A DNA stretch of 64,000 nucleotides, from the NCBI GenBank assembly GCA_964355075.1, contig CAYHCF010000002.1:16480-80479 (forward strand), in the 5' to 3' direction. The DNA is from an uncultured Chitinophaga sp. (GTDB lineage Bacteria > Bacteroidota > Bacteroidia > UKL13-3). Positions 38,388 through 44,748 of this stretch are shown here, piece after piece (positions within the stretch are counted from its first letter, which is position 1; the number at the start of each line of letters is the position of its first letter). The notes beneath the pieces are model-generated. The model did no database searches. It was not told the origin of the DNA and saw only the letters and a list, made by a program, of their open reading frames with translations. A program made the translations under genes and the position numbers.

Positions 38388-39161
38388 ATGGAAAAAATAC
38401 AGGTAACATATTTATACGAAGATTCAGTTGTACGTATTCTGTTAAATGATGGTAAAGGTAATGTGCTCGACCACATCATGATGGAGGAATTGCAGGCAGT
38501 TTTGAATTCTTTTAGCACCGCCAATCAATTAAAGTTGATCATTTTTGAGGGTTCCGGGAAACATTTTTCATTTGGAGCCAGTGTGGAAGAGCATCAAAAA
38601 GATATGGCAGGAGCCATGCTTTCGTCGTTTCACAAATTATTTTATACGCTGCGTGATTTATCCATTCCAACTCTTGCAAAAATTACAGGACAATGCCTCG
38701 GAGGTGGAATGGAACTTGCCATCATGTGCAATTTTCTTTTTGCGGATCAAACTGCAAAATTTGGGCAACCCGAAATTATTCTGGGTGTATTCCCCCCTCC
38801 GGCATCAATTATTTTATCAGAAAAAATTGGTCTGGCCAGGGCAGAAGAATTGATAATTACCGGAAAAACGATAGGTGCTGAAGAAGCAAAAAACAGTGGT
38901 TTACTGAATTATTTATTTGAGGACAAAGCTGCTCTTGAAACCGGAACAAATGAATGGATAGAGCAGAATATCCTTCCAAAAAGTGCGTCTTCACTCAGAT
39001 TTGCCAACAAAGCAGTAAGACTAAAATTCAACCATTTACTTTCAAACTTCTTACCCCAGTTAGAACAATTGTACGTTAACAGTTTAATGGAAACAAATGA
39101 TGCCAATGAAGGGATCTGTTCATTTTTAGAAAAAAGAAAACCTCTTTGGAAAAATAATTAA
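38388..39161 (+). CDS. dch: Crotonase-family protein; candidate cyclohexa-1,5-diene-1-carbonyl-CoA hydratase
   Basis: 257 aa. KGNVLD...GSGKHFSFGASVEEH...GQCLGGGMELA. Context next to oah-like/had-like and bcr-like genes. Confidence 0.55.
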   Translation: MEKIQVTYLYEDSVVRILLNDGKGNVLDHIMMEELQAVLNSFSTANQLKLIIFEGSGKHFSFGASVEEHQKDMAGAMLSSFHKLFYTLRDLSIPTLAKITGQCLGGGMELAIMCNFLFADQTAKFGQPEIILGVFPPPASIILSEKIGLARAEELIITGKTIGAEEAKNSGLLNYLFEDKAALETGTNEWIEQNILPKSASSLRFANKAVRLKFNHLLSNFLPQLEQLYVNSLMETNDANEGICSFLEKRKPLWKNN

Positions 39162-39171
39162 CCTTAATACT

Positions 39172-41169
39172 ATGGAATCGTTAAAAACAGTTGGTGTTGT
39201 GGGAGCAGGTACGATGGGTTCAGCCCTCACTCAGAAATTTGCCCAGGAAGGATTTAAGGTTATTCTGGCAGACAGGACAATCAGCTTTGTAGACAGAGGA
39301 ATTAATGGCATAAAATCGAGTTTACAGGAAGGAATTCAAAAAAAGGTTTTTACAGAAGAACAAGCTGGTAAAACCCTCAGCAATATTTCCGGCACAGAAA
39401 ATCTGGAAGACTTAAAAGCTTGTGATATTGTTATTGAAGCCATATTTGAAAATTTTGATGCAAAAATTGATTTGTTTAAAAACCTATCAAATGTGTTATC
39501 CGATACTTGTATCATCGCAACCAATACTTCTTCTTTTTCAGTTAATGAATTAAGTGAATATGTAAAAAATCCTGAACGCTTTATTGGCTTGCATTATTTT
39601 TACCATGCGGCAAAAAATCGTCTGGTGGAAATTATCCCGAACAAAAAAACTTCTGCAGGTGTTATCGAAAGTGCCCGGCGTTTTTCGTTTATTTCAGGGA
39701 AAGATGCCATTTATTGTAAGGATTCCTACGGTTTTGTGGTAAACCGTTATTTTGTTCCCTGGTTGAATGAAGCTTGCAGGCTTCTGGAAGAAAATATTGG
39801 AAATATTCCTACCATTGATTCCGTTTGTTCAGAAAAATTTGGTGTAAGCATGGGTCCATTTGCATTAATGAATGCCACCGGAGTTCCCATTACCTATCAT
39901 TCCCAAAAAACACTTGAAGTATTTGGTGAACTCTATAAAACCTCAGAAATATTAAGGATTCAAACTGAATTAAACCAGCCATGGAGCCTTGAAGGAGAAG
40001 TATTGGCTGATGATGTGATCAGAAAAGAAATAGCGGAGCGGATGATCGGAATTGAATTTTTGGTATGTTCACAATTGCTTGAAGAAGAAACCTGCTCAGC
40101 CACCGAAATAAATCGTGGTGCCCGCATCGGTTTAAAATGGAGATCCGGCCCCATTGAATTAATGAGTAGATATGGCGAGGCAGAGACTCAAAGATTCGTA
40201 TCTTTAATAGCTAAAAGATACAATACCCCTGTTCCAGCTACGGTGGATTCAAGTTTCTGGAAACAAGCGTATGTATTATATGAAAAATGGGGTAAAAATG
40301 TTACCCTTACCATGTCGAGACCTGAAGATCTGAACGCACTTAATGAAGAGGTAATCAAACAACTTTTGGAAAAATTTACCATAGCTGATACAGATCCTGA
40401 AGTTGAAAATATCTTTTTGGTTGGTTCCGGAAAAGCCTTTGTTGCCGGCGCCGATATTAAATTTTTTGTTAAACACATGAAGGCGCTTTCCTTCGATAAA
40501 ATTGAAACCTTTACCCGATTCGGTCAGGACGTACTTGAAAGGATTGACCAATCAAACAAAAAGGTTATTGTTATTTTAAATGGAATGGCCTTAGGTGGAG
40601 GCTTAGAGCTGGCATTATGTGCCGACCTGATTGTGGCACTTCCAGGTGCAACTATGTCATTCCCGGAAACCGGTATTGGAATCTATCCGGGTTTGGGAGG
40701 AACACAGAGAAGCGCAAGAAGAATTGATAAAGCATTGAGTAAATACATGATTCATACCGGAAAGACATTAAGTGCAAAAGATGCTTTTGAAATTGGATTA
40801 GTAGATAAGGTCATTTCTGTTGAAGAAATGTTCGATTTGATTTATGGAAATATGGAATTACCTGCTCCTAATAAACCTGTCCTGAATGAAAAATGGCTCG
40901 CCATCAAGAATTTTTTCGAGGATCATAAGCTCGCTGAATTGCTCTCGCATCAGATTCACGATACACTGATTTCTAAAGAAGAAGCGGATCGCATTTGTAA
41001 AACATTGGCATTTAAAGCGCCTCTTGCTTTGCAATATGCCGACAAATTAATTGAAGATGCAAAAGGCTGCGCAGATGAATTGAATTATTTAACCAAAATT
41101 TTCAGCACGCAGGACGCATTGCTGGGATTGACTTCAATTGGAAAGCGGGTTGAATTTAAAGGGCACTAG
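39172..41169 (+). CDS. Bifunctional 3-hydroxyacyl-CoA dehydrogenase (N-terminal) / enoyl-CoA hydratase (C-terminal)
   Basis: 665 aa. VGVVGAGTMGSALTQ Rossmann and 3HCDH C-domains, then a crotonase fold (GSGKAFVAGADIKFF, LGGGLELALCAD, ETGIGIYPGLGGTQR). Confidence 0.85.
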   Translation: MESLKTVGVVGAGTMGSALTQKFAQEGFKVILADRTISFVDRGINGIKSSLQEGIQKKVFTEEQAGKTLSNISGTENLEDLKACDIVIEAIFENFDAKIDLFKNLSNVLSDTCIIATNTSSFSVNELSEYVKNPERFIGLHYFYHAAKNRLVEIIPNKKTSAGVIESARRFSFISGKDAIYCKDSYGFVVNRYFVPWLNEACRLLEENIGNIPTIDSVCSEKFGVSMGPFALMNATGVPITYHSQKTLEVFGELYKTSEILRIQTELNQPWSLEGEVLADDVIRKEIAERMIGIEFLVCSQLLEEETCSATEINRGARIGLKWRSGPIELMSRYGEAETQRFVSLIAKRYNTPVPATVDSSFWKQAYVLYEKWGKNVTLTMSRPEDLNALNEEVIKQLLEKFTIADTDPEVENIFLVGSGKAFVAGADIKFFVKHMKALSFDKIETFTRFGQDVLERIDQSNKKVIVILNGMALGGGLELALCADLIVALPGATMSFPETGIGIYPGLGGTQRSARRIDKALSKYMIHTGKTLSAKDAFEIGLVDKVISVEEMFDLIYGNMELPAPNKPVLNEKWLAIKNFFEDHKLAELLSHQIHDTLISKEEADRICKTLAFKAPLALQYADKLIEDAKGCADELNYLTKIFSTQDALLGLTSIGKRVEFKGH

Positions 41170-41483
41170 GAGATGAGAGATGGGAAATGAGAGATGAGAA
41201 ATGGGAAATGGAATTCGAAAAACCCTGAAGGGGTTTTATAATAATATCCACGGGTTGCTTTGTACAACGAAGCTTTAGCGTAGTTGTGCAACCCGTGGTA
41301 TGAAATGAGCAAAAGAAAGGCGCGGCACAAGAATTTATGAACAGTAAACAGAATTTAAGCCGCGCAATCTGCACAGATTAAAAAAGTGTGGTTAGTCGAA
41401 TTGGACGCTAATCTTAGGATAGAGATGGGAAAGGAAATGGGAGATGGGATGTCTGATAGTTATCGGGAGGGAAATGAGAAATA
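41170..41483. repeat. Composite repeat: GARATGR heptamer arrays flanking a core of about 210 nt with three hairpins
   Basis: 6 heptamers at 41170-41211 start right after the stop codon. A degenerate array lies at 41422-41483. Hairpins: 41219-41237 (7 bp), 41248-41258/41288-41298 (11 bp) and 41320-41326/41359-41365 (7 bp, GC-rich). Confidence 0.8.
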
Positions 41484-41556
41484 AAAATGATAATTATTGG
41501 AATATCGTTGTATAGTAGCCCTTCTGGCTATTTTTTTTCGGTTGAATGAAAATGAA

Positions 41557-42615
41557 ATGAATGATGTATTAAAGATATCGGTTAATCATGCGAACAAAGC
41601 GATAATAATCTGGCTACTTACCGGATGTGTGTTGATATACATCATGGTAGTTGTGGGTGGCGTAACCAGATTGACAAACTCCGGATTATCAATGGTTGAA
41701 TGGAGTCCGGTGGGATCAATACCACCTGTTAATGAACAGGAATGGATGATTCAGTTTGAAAAATATAAGCAATCTCCCGAATTTAAAATTGTAAATAAAG
41801 AATTTACATTACAGGATTTCAAAGGAATATTTTGGTGGGAATACCTGCATCGGTTTATTGGAAGGTTTATCGGAATCGTTTTTATCATACCCTTTTTGTA
41901 TTTTTTAATACGCAATAAATTCCCAAAAGGTTTTACAAAAAAAATGTTGATCCTGTTATTTATCGGATCATTGCAGGGATTTTTAGGATGGTTTATGGTA
42001 AAAAGCGGGTTGCAAAGCAATCCTCATGTAAGTCATTACCGACTTGCCTTGCACCTGATTACCGCATTTACAGCGTTTGGATTTTCGTTTTGGTATGCCC
42101 TGGATTTGATTTATCCAAAAATTGAAATTGAGGAATATTCATCCTTAAAAAAGACAAGTTTGGTATTATTGCTTACCATAACACTTCAGATTGTATACGG
42201 AGCCTTTGTGGCAGGATTGAAAGCAGGATATTTATTCCCAACTTTCCCTAAAATGGGCGATCACTGGATTGCACCTGAAGTAACACTGTTGAATCCTATT
42301 TGGAGAAATTTCTTCGAAGGTCAGGCGGGAGTTCAGTTTATTCACCGAACAATAGCATACCTGATTTTATTTTTAATCGTGCTTTTTTATATAAAATCAC
42401 TAAAATACAACCTCACTCCGCTTCTGAAGAACCTCTTTCTGTTTATTACTGGCATTTATTTTGTTCAATTTTTACTGGGAGTTTCCAATATCCTGTTTGG
42501 TGTTCCGATAATAATTGGGATTCTGCATCAAACAGGTGCTTTCTTCCTGTTTTCATCGGTATTGTTTCTAAACCATAATCTTACAAATAACGCTTCCTTA
42601 AACAAGAAGGCATAA
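41557..42615 (+). CDS. ctaA: Heme A synthase (COX15/CtaA family)
   Basis: Polytopic membrane protein with the conserved His-containing motifs LHRFIGR and IHRTIAY. ATG at 41557 is preferred over the tracked upstream TTG at 41497. Confidence 0.75.
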   Translation: MNDVLKISVNHANKAIIIWLLTGCVLIYIMVVVGGVTRLTNSGLSMVEWSPVGSIPPVNEQEWMIQFEKYKQSPEFKIVNKEFTLQDFKGIFWWEYLHRFIGRFIGIVFIIPFLYFLIRNKFPKGFTKKMLILLFIGSLQGFLGWFMVKSGLQSNPHVSHYRLALHLITAFTAFGFSFWYALDLIYPKIEIEEYSSLKKTSLVLLLTITLQIVYGAFVAGLKAGYLFPTFPKMGDHWIAPEVTLLNPIWRNFFEGQAGVQFIHRTIAYLILFLIVLFYIKSLKYNLTPLLKNLFLFITGIYFVQFLLGVSNILFGVPIIIGILHQTGAFFLFSSVLFLNHNLTNNASLNKKA

Positions 42616-42619
42616 AGTA

Positions 42620-43234
42620 ATGGAACCTCAGGATAAATATAAGGTTATTGTTCTCATGGCGGGTAAATCATCAAGGTTTGGACAGCCTAAGGCTTTTTTA
42701 CCATTTAATAAAGACAGGAACTTTATACAAAACCTCCTCTTCCAATACAGGGAAGCAGGTATTGAGGAAATTATTTTGGTTACTAATGTATCCGTACTTA
42801 AAGAACTGGAAAAACAATTACAGGAAAATTTGTTTGATGGCTCTTTAAAAATTGTTATCAATCCTGAACCCGAATCGGATCGGTTTTTCAGTCTGAAGCT
42901 GGCCTTGAAAAATATGGATATCTGCTGTTCTGCCTTTATCCAAAATATTGATAACCCATTTATATCTTCTGAATTAATCAGTAAGATGAGAAATAAAATC
43001 AAACCCGGGAAATACGTTGTACCAAGCTTTCTAGGCAAAAAGGGTCATCCGGTTTTATTATCAAAAGAGATCCTTCAATACCTCTCAACAATAATGTCTG
43101 ACAGTGAAAACCTGAAAGAAATTTTGGCTGAATTTGCATTTGAAGAAGTATTTGTTGATGATGAAAGCGTTCTGGCTAATATCAACACAAAAGAAGATTA
43201 TTTCAACTATTTCAACTATGCAATCCCTGTTTGA
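42620..43234 (+). CDS. mocA: MobA-like nucleotidyltransferase, probable molybdenum cofactor cytidylyltransferase
   Basis: 204 aa. VIVLMAGKSSRFGQPKAFLPF (NTP_transf_3 motif). Context next to xdhC and Mo-hydroxylase genes. Confidence 0.65.
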   Translation: MEPQDKYKVIVLMAGKSSRFGQPKAFLPFNKDRNFIQNLLFQYREAGIEEIILVTNVSVLKELEKQLQENLFDGSLKIVINPEPESDRFFSLKLALKNMDICCSAFIQNIDNPFISSELISKMRNKIKPGKYVVPSFLGKKGHPVLLSKEILQYLSTIMSDSENLKEILAEFAFEEVFVDDESVLANINTKEDYFNYFNYAIPV

Positions 43235-44042
43235 ACGATTACACCTTGCGCTCGAAAAAAGAGAACAGGTAGCATTATGTACCGTTGTTGAAACATCGGG
43301 ATCAACCCCCTTAAAAGCCGCTTCAAAAATACTAATTTGGTCCGATGGGAAATCTTCAGGAACCATTGGAGGAGGTAATGTTGAATTTCAGGTCATTGAG
43401 GATGCTATTCAGCAAATCAGGAAAAAGGAATCAAAACTGATCGATTATTCATTATTAAAACAAAACATGTGTTGCGGAGGTACTATGAAAATTTTTATCG
43501 AGCCCCAGAAACCGATTAAACAATTAATTATTTTCGGTGCAGGGCATATCGGAAGCAATGTGGCCTTTTTTTCACAAAAGCTTTCTTATAAGATTGTACT
43601 GGTTGATGAACGTAAAGAGATGCTTGATAAAGTTGATTTGCCGGATATAAAAAAAATATTATTGCCCCATAAAAAAGCTTTTGCAGATATTACATTCGAT
43701 GGCGAAACCTATATCATCATTTGTACACACCAGCATGAATATGACAGGGAGATTTTGGCTTATTGTGTAAAACAGCAAACCGCTTATTTGGGAATGATTG
43801 GAAGTATGCGAAAAGTTCTGGTAACCAGAAAGCGGTTTTTGGATCAAAAACTATGCAGCAAAAAACGATTAGATCAGGTTGATATGCCCATGGGATTTGA
43901 TATTGGCCAGAACGGCCCCGAAGAAATAGCACTGGGTATTGTGGCAAAAATTGTGGCCGTATCTAATCATAAAGAGATTATTCAAACAACAAAATCAGAA
44001 AAATATGAAGAAGCGACTTTCGATAGTGACGGGTGCTGCTAA
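43218..44042 (+). CDS. xdhC: XdhC/CoxI family molybdoenzyme maturation factor
   Basis: ATG at 43218 (MQSLFERLHLALEKREQVALCTVVETSGSTP...) overlaps the mocA end by 17 nt. IFGAGHIG Rossmann-like C-domain. Confidence 0.8.
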   Translation: MQSLFERLHLALEKREQVALCTVVETSGSTPLKAASKILIWSDGKSSGTIGGGNVEFQVIEDAIQQIRKKESKLIDYSLLKQNMCCGGTMKIFIEPQKPIKQLIIFGAGHIGSNVAFFSQKLSYKIVLVDERKEMLDKVDLPDIKKILLPHKKAFADITFDGETYIIICTHQHEYDREILAYCVKQQTAYLGMIGSMRKVLVTRKRFLDQKLCSKKRLDQVDMPMGFDIGQNGPEEIALGIVAKIVAVSNHKEIIQTTKSEKYEEATFDSDGCC

Positions 44043-44748
44043 AGGTATTGGTAAATCAATTGCATTGCAGTTGTGTGCTGATGGATTTTTTGTAGTATTG
44101 ATAGATGTTGACAAGGAGGCAGGCATAAGTCTCGAGAAAGAGATAGGGAGTGATTTCAGCCATTTTATTCATGCCAATATCAATGATGAAAAATCGGTTC
44201 AGCAATTATTTGAAGAAGCAAAAAATAGCTACGGGTCGATTGATTTACTCGTAAATAATGCGGGTATAATCCGGGATAAAATGATCTGGAAAATGAGTCT
44301 GGATGAGTTTGATGAAGTTGTTTCGGTAAATTTGAAAGGAACCTGGATCATGTGCCGGGAAGCAGCAAAAATAATGAAAGAACAAACTTTTGGCAGAATC
44401 ATAAATATAGCCTCCAGAGCCTGGCTGGGTAATCCAGGACAATCGAATTATGCAGCCTCAAAAGCCGGTGTAATCGGGCTAACCAGGGTTCTTGCCCTGG
44501 AATTAGGAAGATACAATGTGTTGGTAAATGCTGTTGCCCCCGGCTTAATTGATACGCCTCTTACCCAAAATTTAGAAGCTTCGGTAAGAGAGAAGCTGAT
44601 ACAGGCTCAACCCACAAAAACTATTGGAAAACCGGAAGACGTAGCCAACGCAGTTTCCTTTCTGGCAAATGAAAAAACACAATTTATTACCGGACAGGTA
44701 TTGTATGTTGATGGCGGTAAAAATATTGGAGCAAATATGAGCTTATGA
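44005..44748 (+). CDS. Short-chain dehydrogenase/reductase (FabG-like)
   Basis: In-frame ATG at 44005 (MKKRLSIVTGAAKGIGKS). NNAG and the catalytic S...YAASK are present. Confidence 0.85.
   Translation: MKKRLSIVTGAAKGIGKSIALQLCADGFFVVLIDVDKEAGISLEKEIGSDFSHFIHANINDEKSVQQLFEEAKNSYGSIDLLVNNAGIIRDKMIWKMSLDEFDEVVSVNLKGTWIMCREAAKIMKEQTFGRIINIASRAWLGNPGQSNYAASKAGVIGLTRVLALELGRYNVLVNAVAPGLIDTPLTQNLEASVREKLIQAQPTKTIGKPEDVANAVSFLANEKTQFITGQVLYVDGGKNIGANMSL

Noticed and set aside
19236-41169. Evidence that the aromatic island is a mobile element (integrase, transposase, tRNA target, direct repeats)
   Set aside because: None of these was found in the window. Only the composite repeat elements are present, so mobility remains unsupported.
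41156-41374. 72-aa minus-strand ORF across the GARATGR repeat element
   Set aside because: It reads through heptamer repeats and hairpins and has no start context. It is best explained as a repeat artefact.
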